32,000 bases of DNA, from contig JAWBCC010000002.1 in NCBI GenBank assembly GCA_038823825.1, positions 1 through 32,000 of the forward strand, read 5' to 3'. This DNA comes from Candidatus Hadarchaeales archaeon (lineage in GTDB: Archaea; Hadarchaeota; Hadarchaeia; Hadarchaeales; Hadarchaeaceae). Below, in pieces: positions 16,046-23,875 of the stretch. How positions within the stretch are numbered: position 1 is the stretch's first letter; each line of letters begins with the position of its first letter. The notes under the pieces are model-generated. The model did no database searches. It saw only the letters and a list, made by a program, of their open reading frames with translations, and was not told the origin of the DNA. Position numbers and translations under genes: made by a program.

Positions 16046-17224
16046 ATGAAGGTTGCGTGTGTCTTCGGGACGAGACCGGAGATAATCAAACTCTCGCCGG
16101 TGATTGAAGAGTGTGGAAAAACCGGGCTCGATGTGCTTCTTGTGCACACGGGACAACACTATGATTATGAGATGAGTGATATCTTTTTGCAAGAGTTGGG
16201 TGTTCCAAATCCGAATTACCATTTGGGAATCCGGACGGAAAATCCTTTGGAAAGATTTTCGGAGATAATCACAAGATTGGAAAGAGTTTTGAAAAAAGAA
16301 GAGCCAGATTTTATGCTCGCGCAGGGAGATACCGACACTGTTCCAGCCTCGCTGTTCGTCGCTAGGCGCTCCGGGATCCCTGGAGGGCACGTGGAGGCAG
16401 GGCTTAGATCGTTTAATCAAGCGAGCCCAGAGGAGCTCAACAGAAAGTTGGCCAGCCGGCTCGCCCTTTTGCATTTTGCACCGACCGAGCTTAACAGAGA
16501 ATTCCTTCTGTCTGAGGGAGTGGACCCGGCGAATATTTTCGTGACCGGAAATACCATCGTCGATGTTGTCGGAAAAGTCAGAAAAAGACTCAAATCTGAA
16601 ATCCTGAGCGAACTTGAAATTCGGGATGAGAAGCCGATTCTACTGGTTACGGTTCATAGACCAGGAAACGTTGACAACAAAAATAATCTTTCCGAGATCT
16701 TCGGTGCTCTCTGCGATCTCAAAGAATTCCAGATAGTATTTCCGATTCATCCGCGCACAGAAAAGAGAGCTGCCGAGTTCGGACTTTTGCAGAGCCTTCA
16801 GAGAGCCGAGCATGTAAAGGTTATAAAACCTCTTGGTTATCTAGATTTCCTTTCTCTTATGTCAAAGTGTGATCTCATTCTGACAGATTCTGGGGGACTA
16901 CAAGAAGAAGCTTGCGAATTCAAAAAGCCCGTCGTAGTGATGAGGGAAACCACGCCTCGGTGGGAATCTGTTCTAGCTGGTTTTGCATTTTTAGCCGGGA
17001 CAAAGAGAAGCAGGATAACTGCAACTGTTCAACGCATTGCAGCAGATGATGGTCTCAAAAAGAAATTGAGGAAAACAAAGAATCCCTTTGGAGATGGAAA
17101 GGCCTCAAAGAGAATCGCTCGGATTCTGCGCAGACTAGGGAATAAAATAGGATATCCCGAACCGGACGAAGCTATGGCTAATAGTATCTTGAGAAAAATA
17201 CGGAGGATGACGCGTGCCAGTTGA
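16046..17224 (+). CDS. wecB: UDP-N-acetylglucosamine 2-epimerase (non-hydrolysing type)
   Basis: MKVACVFGTRPEIIKLSPV...HTGQHYDYEMSDIFLQELGVP...DSGGLQEE are family hallmarks. I prefer the ATG at 16046 to the track's TTG at 16037. Confidence 0.9.
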   Translation: MKVACVFGTRPEIIKLSPVIEECGKTGLDVLLVHTGQHYDYEMSDIFLQELGVPNPNYHLGIRTENPLERFSEIITRLERVLKKEEPDFMLAQGDTDTVPASLFVARRSGIPGGHVEAGLRSFNQASPEELNRKLASRLALLHFAPTELNREFLLSEGVDPANIFVTGNTIVDVVGKVRKRLKSEILSELEIRDEKPILLVTVHRPGNVDNKNNLSEIFGALCDLKEFQIVFPIHPRTEKRAAEFGLLQSLQRAEHVKVIKPLGYLDFLSLMSKCDLILTDSGGLQEEACEFKKPVVVMRETTPRWESVLAGFAFLAGTKRSRITATVQRIAADDGLKKKLRKTKNPFGDGKASKRIARILRRLGNKIGYPEPDEAMANSILRKIRRMTRAS

Positions 17225-17906
17225 GGCGGTTCTATTCGACATAGATGATACCATTTACGACCATAAAGAATGGCTCGCTGGTGCTTTCCTCAAGGTCGGC
17301 GAACTCCTCGAATCTCTCTTCGGTCTAAATAGGAAGGAGGTTAGAGACATCCTGCTCCAGCTTACAGAAAAGTATACCTCGGCTGCCGGAAATCTTTTTA
17401 ACCTTCTTTTACGTCAGATCGGCCTGCCCGAAGAGGAAAAACTCATAAAAAGAATTATAGAATCTTTTTACTCCTACATGCCGGATAGACTCACTCCTTA
17501 TCCTGCAATGTATGAAGTTTTAAAAACTCTGAAACAAATGGGAAAAAAGCTTGGCATAGTTTCAGATGGAAGAAGAGATGTTCAACTCCAAAAATTGAAA
17601 GCTCTTGGGTTAGAGGGATTTTTCGATGTGGTTGTGATATCTGATGAATACGGAAGAGAAAAAAGAAAACCCAACACTTTTCCATACGAATTGGCTCTAA
17701 AGAAGCTTGGGGTAGAAGCTAAATGTGCGGTCTACGTTGGGGACAACCCAAACAAAGATTTCATCGGAGCTAAAAAACTGGGCATGAGAACCATCAGACT
17801 CCTGATGGGGGAGTACGCCAACGTTCGGACGAGTATCGAGCTGGAAGCCGATTTCTCGGTAAGAAATCCAATTGAGATACTTTCTGTGCTCGATAGAATA
17901 AAATAG
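17214..17906 (+). CDS. HAD-superfamily hydrolase/phosphatase
   Basis: Motif I is LFDIDDTIYD, motif II IVSDG, motif III KRKPN and motif IV YVGDNPNKDF. The GTG start has GGAGG 8 nt upstream and overlaps the wecB 3' end by 11 nt. Confidence 0.85.
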   Translation: MPVEAVLFDIDDTIYDHKEWLAGAFLKVGELLESLFGLNRKEVRDILLQLTEKYTSAAGNLFNLLLRQIGLPEEEKLIKRIIESFYSYMPDRLTPYPAMYEVLKTLKQMGKKLGIVSDGRRDVQLQKLKALGLEGFFDVVVISDEYGREKRKPNTFPYELALKKLGVEAKCAVYVGDNPNKDFIGAKKLGMRTIRLLMGEYANVRTSIELEADFSVRNPIEILSVLDRIK

Positions 17907-17929
17907 TTTTTCTTTCAAATATTTAAAAT

Positions 17930-18936
17930 GTGGAAGACAAAATCCTCATAACCGGAATTGGCGGTGCTGCTGGCATATCCGTTGCAAAGAGTCTAAACGA
18001 GTTTTATTTAGTGGGTGTAGACGCTAATCCAAATGCACCTGGAAAAGTGCTGGTGAATGAATTCTATCAGATACCCTATGCTCGTGAGGAAAACTTCGTC
18101 GAAGAGCTCGCGAAAATCGCGAAAGAATGTTACTGCATGTTTTGCACGGTCGATGAGGAACTTCCAATCGTTGCAAAAAACATGGATGTTTTCGGCTGTA
18201 AGGTGCTTGTTTCACCATTAGAAAGCATAGAAAGATGTCTTGACAAGTTTGCGCTCCATTCATACCTTCGTGATAGAGGACTACCGACTCCCAAGACAGT
18301 GTTGCTAGAAAACCAGAGTTTTGAAGAACTAATGACGGAGCTTGGACCTTTCATCGTGAAGCCTAGAAGAGGAAGAGGTAGTAGAGATTTTTTGAGGTCA
18401 AAAATGAAGATTACTTTAGGTTTATTTTGAGCGCAAAGAATTACTTAAAGAAAGAGTTCATCTGTCAGAAAGAATTGAAGGGCAAAGAATACTCGGTTGA
18501 CGTTCTGCTAGACGAAAATGGAAAATTTTTGATTGCTGTTCCACGCGAGAGAATCTTAACCGATAGCGGAATTTCGATTGTTGGGAAAACTGTCATAAAT
18601 CCAAAACTCCAGGAGATCGTGCCGAGGATTGTTGAAGCGCTGGGATTAAAATACATAGTAAATGTTCAACTTAAAGAGGACGAGAATGGTGAACCCTACG
18701 TAACGGAAGTTAACCCCCGACCCGCTGGAACACTTTATCTAACAACGCTGTCCGGAGTGAACATGCCAAGACTCCTAATTAAGCTACTCGCAAAGGAGAA
18801 AATTGAGCCGTGGGGGTTGAGATACGAGGAACTTATCATGTATAGACTTTTTGAAGAGAAGATTTACCGGAAAAAAGGAAGAGGAGGAAAACAGAAAAGC
18901 AAAATATACAGGCATGATGACGTCTATCTGAAATGA
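17930..18936 (+). pseudogene. ATP-grasp ligase (carbamoyl-phosphate-synthase-like ATP-grasp fold) split into two ORFs by a -1 frame change in a T6 run
   Basis: ORF1 (17930-18430) carries ILITGIGGAAG...DKFALHSYLRDRGLPTPKT...IVKPRRGRGSRDF. ORF2 (frame -1) continues upstream of its listed start as FFEVKNEDYFRFIL...EYSVDVL...VTEVNPRPAGT. The frames join at tttttt 18388-18393. The ORF2 stop overlaps the GT2 start (ATGA at 18933-18936). Confidence 0.75.
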
Positions 18937-20294
18937 ACAAAGATAAAAATCAACATTTTGAAATCCTCAAAAGAAGGTATAGGAAGAAAGAAGGCAGAAT
19001 ATTCGCGTTTTCTATCCTTATTCTCTTTCTGATATCCCTGCTTGGGTTTGCCAGATTTGACGGAAGAAATTTCGCGGCGTATCTTACAATTGCGATTCAA
19101 GCCGTCTTCATCGCTTATCTTCTCAGACATATGGCGTTTGCATATACAGGATTGCAGATGAAGTGGGATCGTGAAGAATTTTCCGATTACGAACCACCCA
19201 TAAGCATTCTGATTCCCGCAAGAAATGAGGAAAAAGTCATTCGAGGACTAATAGAAAGCCTCGCGGAGGTTGACTATCCTAGGGAAAAATTTCAGGTTAT
19301 CGCCGTCGATGATGCAAGCGATGACAAAACCGGAGAAATTTTGGATGAACTCGCCAGAAAATACGATTGGTTAATTGTCATCCACAGATCTAAAAAAGAC
19401 CATGATCTGGCTCCTGGTAAGAGCTCGGTTCTGAACGATGCTCTCAGATTTGCTAGTGGAGAAATAATCTTTGTCTACGATGCGGATCATCAGGTGAAGA
19501 AAGATACGATAAAGAAAATTGTTAGACATTTCAAGGATCCGAAGGTTGGAATGGCAATGGGCAGATGTGTTGTTAGAAATGCGGACAAAAACATTCTCAC
19601 CAAACTCATTTACATAGAATTCCTAAGCGGCTATAAGGTCAATCAGTATGGAAGAGAGCTTCTACATGGGCTCGCTGCTTATGGTGGAAGTAACTGTGCC
19701 ATAAGACGATCTCTTTTAGAAGAGCTTGGTGGTTTTAACATAAGCAGCGTGACGGAAGATACGGATTTAACAGTTCGCGGGGTTCTTGAAGGTTATCGAG
19801 TAGTTTACGATGACGACGCTGTTTCGACTGAATTAGCGGTCACAAATCTAACAAGATATTGGAAGCAGAGATATCGCTGGGCCTATGGCCATCAACATGT
19901 CTTCTACGACTATTGGCTTGATGTCGTAAGATGCAAGCATCTTGGAATTCTTGACAAAATCGAATTTTTGATGTTTCTTTTCATCTATCACATGCCGGTT
20001 GTCATGTTCCTTGGTCTTCTCTTAACTTTCATGTGGGCTTTCGGAATTTTCCTTCCTAGAGATCCGTTTATCGGGCTTACACTCTGGATAGTTTTGCTCC
20101 TCGGACCTCTTTTGGAACTCGCAGCCGGACTCGTGTTGGCTAGAGAAAAGGGAAAGATGGCATTCTATCTAATACTCTTCCTTCCGCTCTTTTTCCTATC
20201 AATTATGATATGTACAAAGGCTTTCCTAGACGGAATAATCCGGGGAATAACAAAAGAGAGATATGTGTGGGTAAAAACTGAGAGGGAGATTTGA
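18933..20294 (+). CDS. Membrane-embedded family-2 glycosyltransferase of the processive synthase type (PgaC/IcaA/NodC/cellulose- or chitin-synthase-like)
   Basis: The D,D,D,QxxRW signature is present: AVDDASDD, VYDADH, VTEDTDL and QRYRWAYG. There are N-terminal TM helices and several C-terminal ones. Confidence 0.85.
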   Translation: MNKDKNQHFEILKRRYRKKEGRIFAFSILILFLISLLGFARFDGRNFAAYLTIAIQAVFIAYLLRHMAFAYTGLQMKWDREEFSDYEPPISILIPARNEEKVIRGLIESLAEVDYPREKFQVIAVDDASDDKTGEILDELARKYDWLIVIHRSKKDHDLAPGKSSVLNDALRFASGEIIFVYDADHQVKKDTIKKIVRHFKDPKVGMAMGRCVVRNADKNILTKLIYIEFLSGYKVNQYGRELLHGLAAYGGSNCAIRRSLLEELGGFNISSVTEDTDLTVRGVLEGYRVVYDDDAVSTELAVTNLTRYWKQRYRWAYGHQHVFYDYWLDVVRCKHLGILDKIEFLMFLFIYHMPVVMFLGLLLTFMWAFGIFLPRDPFIGLTLWIVLLLGPLLELAAGLVLAREKGKMAFYLILFLPLFFLSIMICTKAFLDGIIRGITKERYVWVKTEREI

Positions 20295-20830
20295 TGAAGA
20301 GATATGTTAGAATTAAAGCGGTAAAATTCTTCGTAACATTCTTTCTGATTTTGTCCGTTGCTCTCGTCTTTGCATATCAGATAAATGATGAGTTTAGGGA
20401 AATTGAAACAAAATTCATCGTGAGACTTACTAGAGCTTTGGGTTTAGAGACAAGTAGAGCTCCTCCTCACAAAATTTTTGCATATTATCCAGAAGGAGCA
20501 TTCATTCTTGAAATGACATTGTCCTGCTCGGCTCTTTTCCCAATTGCCACTTTCTTGTTTTTGGTTCTCTTGACGCCGGGTATATCTTTGAGAATGAAGC
20601 TTCTAGCTGGAATATTAACATGTCCGATCCTTTATCTCTTGAACGCTCTCCGCGTAGTGCTAGTTTTTTACGCCGGAAAAGTTTTGGGTAAGGGAGCTAT
20701 TCTTCTATTTCACGATTGGATGGGCGGCGCGATAATGTTTTTTGCCGCTCTCACTTCTTATTCAGTATGGCTCTTTCTCGTTCTGACAAGGCCAAGTGAG
20801 ATAAAACCAAGAACTTTATATCCTGAGTAA
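20294..20830 (+). CDS. Minimal archaeosortase/exosortase-family protein (about 178 aa)
   Basis: The protein is polytopic. ALGLETSRAPPHKIFAYYPEGAFILEMTLSCSALF matches the exosortase pattern ...lG.......i....g..l.v...CSG. NALRVV and LFHDWMGG follow, giving Cys79/Arg121/His141 in track numbering. The Cys-to-Arg spacing of 42 compares with 41 in Haloferax ArtA as I recall it (C173/R214). The ATG at 20294 overlaps the GT2 stop (TGATG). Confidence 0.65.
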   Translation: MKRYVRIKAVKFFVTFFLILSVALVFAYQINDEFREIETKFIVRLTRALGLETSRAPPHKIFAYYPEGAFILEMTLSCSALFPIATFLFLVLLTPGISLRMKLLAGILTCPILYLLNALRVVLVFYAGKVLGKGAILLFHDWMGGAIMFFAALTSYSVWLFLVLTRPSEIKPRTLYPE

Positions 20831-21442
20831 GAATTTGCTGGCCCAGAATACCTCGGCATATTTTACCCCGACAGCTAGACCCCGATATGCGGCGGTCTTT
20901 TCAACGTAATCGCACAGGTTTGCCCTCGGACCGGAGAGCTGAGAGCGATGAATTTTCAGAGCACGAAGTTTGAGTCGGAGTTCCTGCGATATGTCCACAT
21001 AAATGCATCCGATGGAAGGTTTTATGATTGAGGAAGGGGTCTCGCCAAAGAGAATTCTGTTGTGTCTGCGAGCCGCAGATATTGTTGAGTGTCCGGTTGC
21101 TTTGTGATCCTGGTGACTGTCCCAAGGAAGATGGGTTACTACAATATCTGGTTCAACTTTCCTTAACCATTCTTCGATAAGGTGAACTGTATCGACGTCG
21201 TGCTGGATCTTGCCGTCAGGCAATCCTCCAAACAAAACTTTTCTGATTCCGAGAATCTTGGCAGCTCTTTCTACCTCTCTTCTCCTTTGACCCGGTCTTC
21301 CACCGAGCTCGCCGTTGGAGAGAATCCCTGTAGTAACCTCTGTCCCCAGCTTTGACAATTTTGCGATTGTTCCTCCAGCTATGAGCTCCGGATCATCTGG
21401 ATGTGCTCCAATGACTAACACCGATTCAGGTATGATTGGCAT
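20816..21442 (-). CDS. PIG-L/LmbE-family N-acetylglucosaminyl deacetylase
   Basis: VLVIGAHPDDPELIAGG, HLPWDSHQDH and the overall length fit the family. The gene converges on the archaeosortase-like gene with a 15-nt 3' overlap. Confidence 0.85.
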   Translation of the reverse strand: MPIIPESVLVIGAHPDDPELIAGGTIAKLSKLGTEVTTGILSNGELGGRPGQRRREVERAAKILGIRKVLFGGLPDGKIQHDVDTVHLIEEWLRKVEPDIVVTHLPWDSHQDHKATGHSTISAARRHNRILFGETPSSIIKPSIGCIYVDISQELRLKLRALKIHRSQLSGPRANLCDYVEKTAAYRGLAVGVKYAEVFWASKFLLRI

Positions 21443-21500
21443 CCTATCATCTCAAAGTAGGAAGAAACAATAAAAGATTTTTGCCGTCATTTTTTGATTC
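21417..21500. repeat. Direct repeat copy A (~80 bp): the PIG-L start, its upstream leader/promoter, and a remnant of a gene 3' end
   Basis: aacaccgattcaggtatgattggcatcctatcatctcaaagtaggaagaaacaataaaagatttttgccgtcattttttgattctt aligns with 22571-22648 at roughly 85% identity with one 6-7-nt gap (aligned by eye). Confidence 0.8.
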
Positions 21501-21570
21501 TTCTTCTGGTGGAATACATACAACCAGCTTGGGGCTTTCCTATACCCACACAAGGTTGGCAATGCATTTT

Positions 21571-21966
21571 TCATGGAAGCAGAGATTCTCTCGTCCAGCC
21601 AGACATCTTTTTCAGTTCCTCCCCACCCACGTACACGATGGCATCTACCTTTCTCCCATCCTCGAGCTCGACTTCCACGACCTTCTTTGTAAAAAGTCCA
21701 AAAGAAACTCCCTCTATCTCATCTAACTTCCTGATGATTTCATCCGGAACGCATTGATAGAGCTCGCCCTTAACGCTTCCTGATGGGTCCTCTTTGATGA
21801 ACGGAAAGTTTAGCTCAGAAGGCCAGACGAGTCTGAAACCCCGAATTCTACCTAAAACAGGCTGATAGCAGGCCAATACATTGGATCTAGGATGCGTGAT
21901 AACCTCCCCGCTCCTGGGGTCTCTGAATTTCCTCATCAAGGTCCCATAAACAAAAACGTTCGTCAT
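21571..21966 (-). CDS. GGACT/AIG2-like gamma-glutamyl(amine) cyclotransferase-fold protein
   Basis: VFVYGTLMRKF...VKGELYQC...LDEIEGV...DAIVYV matches the family pattern. Confidence 0.75.
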   Translation of the reverse strand: MTNVFVYGTLMRKFRDPRSGEVITHPRSNVLACYQPVLGRIRGFRLVWPSELNFPFIKEDPSGSVKGELYQCVPDEIIRKLDEIEGVSFGLFTKKVVEVELEDGRKVDAIVYVGGEELKKMSGWTRESLLP

Positions 21967-22481
21967 TTTGTCGGAATCGATTTCAGCTTCTGAATGTAGT
22001 CCTTTGGAAAGCCGTTCTTAACCGCGGAACGAATCAACAGATTTAAGTACTCTGGGGTCGGTGGTACGAACTGGGCTGCTGGCTGCTTTACAACAAATGT
22101 TATTGCCTCCTTCACCAAGCCATCACGCGTCATCACGCTCACCCGCTTTTCTTGGTAAACCTTTGGGGCTCCCTCCTTCTTCCTGAGTTTCTCAAAATCA
22201 TCCTTCGTGAGCTCCATCAAAAGCCCCCAGACTTCCTCTCCCTCACATCTTTGAATGTTGGCCACCCCTCCGCATCTGGTTGCGGAGTAATAGTTAAAAA
22301 CAAGCTTCCAACCTTTTAGCACTGCTACTTCTTTTACAAGTGGCTTGACGGGCTGATAGTTGTGCATTCGACACCAATTTTCCAGATCCTCCTCGTCCAT
22401 GTTGGATCCATAAGCAAAGTAAAGCACGCGATCTTCATTAGAGCAGATTTGAGCAAACAATCCTGACCTTACTGATAACAC
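21963..22481 (-). CDS. GGCT-like (gamma-glutamylcyclotransferase, AIG2_2-type) protein
   Basis: YFAYGSNMDEEDL...GWKLVFN...GGVANI...VWGLLMEL...KKEGAP..Y matches the family. The start is uncertain (GTG 22481 or an internal start). The stop overlaps the downstream gene's start (ATGA). Confidence 0.75.
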   Translation of the reverse strand: MLSVRSGLFAQICSNEDRVLYFAYGSNMDEEDLENWCRMHNYQPVKPLVKEVAVLKGWKLVFNYYSATRCGGVANIQRCEGEEVWGLLMELTKDDFEKLRKKEGAPKVYQEKRVSVMTRDGLVKEAITFVVKQPAAQFVPPTPEYLNLLIRSAVKNGFPKDYIQKLKSIPTK

Positions 22482-22570
22482 ATTAACAAGTGTTTCTTTT
22501 CACATTTAAAATATTTGTTTCCAAAATTTAGTGATGTCCGAAGAATCCACGATTGTTTTCTAGTTAATCT

Positions 22571-22648
22571 AGCACCGATTCGAGTATGACGGGCATCTTA
22601 TTATCTCAAAGTAGAAAGAAACAATATTTGCCGTTATTTTCTGGTTCT
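22571..22648. repeat. Direct repeat copy B: the 3' end of the 231-aa gene, a spacer, and a degenerate PIG-L-like start (MPVILESVLD-stop)
   Basis: agcaccgattcgagtatgacgggcatcttattatctcaaagtagaaagaaacaatatttgccgttattttctggttctt. The minus-strand ATG at 22596 opens a 10-codon remnant that matches MPIIPESVLV of the intact PIG-L gene. Confidence 0.8.
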
Positions 22649-23329
22649 TATGTAGAGACCCAGAAATGCAAACAAAAGCACAACAGAAAGCGTGAACAAG
22701 CCAGCCATGCTGATCGGGATAGCTGAAGATTCTATTTCATACATCTGAGTTGAGTCTTGGGGATTTGTGAAACTGGAAGTAGACCACTGGAAGTAAACGT
22801 TATCATATTGGATATCCATGTTTTCCACCCCTATCGAGAAAACTAGATAGTTGTCTCCTATTTCATAGTACGGTTGAGTTGTTGTTTTAATTAAGCTTCC
22901 ATCCTCGGAGAATTCAACGATTGACGGAATCAAGTACCATGGGGGAGCGTACGGCTCGATGGGTGGAGGTTTGGGAGGCGGAATAAATATCAAAAGAGTC
23001 CAAGTCAAAAGGTAATCGACCCCAGTTCCCGATTGTCCACCTGGCCTGCAATCAATGTTTATGTTGTAAGTATACCTCGATACTCCAAATAATATATCTC
23101 CGTCACCGCCCGATGGAAATGGTCCATGATACTCCGATCTGAATAACCACAGTCCGTTTTCCACTTTATATCCATGACCCCGTATGTCGAGCCACGCTGG
23201 AATTCCGGGGTCTTGTCCATCATCTCCTAGGTAAGTCCACCCTTCCCAGTTACCGAAGACTGGTGTAGTAAATAAGACTAATGCTAGCAGAGGCACCATC
23301 GCTGCCGCAACTTTTTTTGTCCTTTTCAT
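22634..23329 (-). CDS. Exported protein of unknown function with a C-terminal IPIS + TM + RTRK tail
   Basis: 231 aa with signal MKRTKKVAAAMVPLLALVLFTTPVFG and an internal PPPKPPPIEPYAPP linker. The C-terminus is SSAIPISMAGLFTLSVVLLFAFLGLYIRTRK. A TATA-like tttataaa lies about 25 nt upstream. Confidence 0.7.
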   Translation of the reverse strand: MKRTKKVAAAMVPLLALVLFTTPVFGNWEGWTYLGDDGQDPGIPAWLDIRGHGYKVENGLWLFRSEYHGPFPSGGDGDILFGVSRYTYNINIDCRPGGQSGTGVDYLLTWTLLIFIPPPKPPPIEPYAPPWYLIPSIVEFSEDGSLIKTTTQPYYEIGDNYLVFSIGVENMDIQYDNVYFQWSTSSFTNPQDSTQMYEIESSAIPISMAGLFTLSVVLLFAFLGLYIRTRK

Positions 23330-23593
23330 ACTTGAAGAAGTATTCCCAAGAATCCTTTATAAAGCTTTCTATTTTTCGCTAAACCGAAAAAGAGTTTTTC
23401 TTTAGAATTTTTGGTTAAAATAAAAAAAATTTGTAACTTTTTGTCTAAAAATGTCTGACTTTTATCTCTCTTTTGTTATTGTTAAAAAAGCAAAACAGAG
23501 CGTTGACATGCAAGAAAATCCATGCCCGTAAATATTCTTCAATTTCGCCTGTAGGGTGACGCCACCTGACCCAAAAACTAAAGAATTCAAAAC

Positions 23594-23833
23594 ATGAAAA
23601 CTCTTGTGGTTGAAATGGACTTCCTCACAAAGAAGGCGATTTCGGCGGCCATAATAATCGCATGCGGAGTTTTCCTGATAGTCTTCAGCTTTTTCCTGCC
23701 CCAAGAGCTTATGGCAGTCACGCTCTTACCGGGATTTTTCCTCATAGCCGTGGGATCTCTCGAACTCCGAGAATATCGAGAGCTTTCCAAGATAATAGAG
23801 ATGGGTAAAAAAGCCCTGAAAAGAAGACAATAG
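23594..23833 (+). CDS. Small two-TM membrane protein
   Basis: 79 aa with two hydrophobic helices and a basic tail KKALKRRQ. It lies directly upstream of coiled-coil paralogue B. Confidence 0.5.
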   Translation: MKTLVVEMDFLTKKAISAAIIIACGVFLIVFSFFLPQELMAVTLLPGFFLIAVGSLELREYRELSKIIEMGKKALKRRQ

Positions 23834-23875
23834 TCAACTTAATTAAAGAGTTCAAAACCATTTTATAATGGTTGG

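Noticed and set aside
22528-22545. C-box-like agtgatgtc upstream of the GGCT pair, considered as a C/D box sRNA.
   Set aside because: It is an imperfect C box. I could not find a partnered D box (CUGA) or terminal stem at the appropriate spacing.
23541-23580. A 10-nt match (tgacgccacc) to the D/anticodon-stem region of tRNA-Val in the AT-rich intergenic region, considered as a tRNA-fragment att-site scar.
   Set aside because: The match does not extend on either side. A 10-mer match is expected by chance at this search size, and there is no integrase or flanking repeat.
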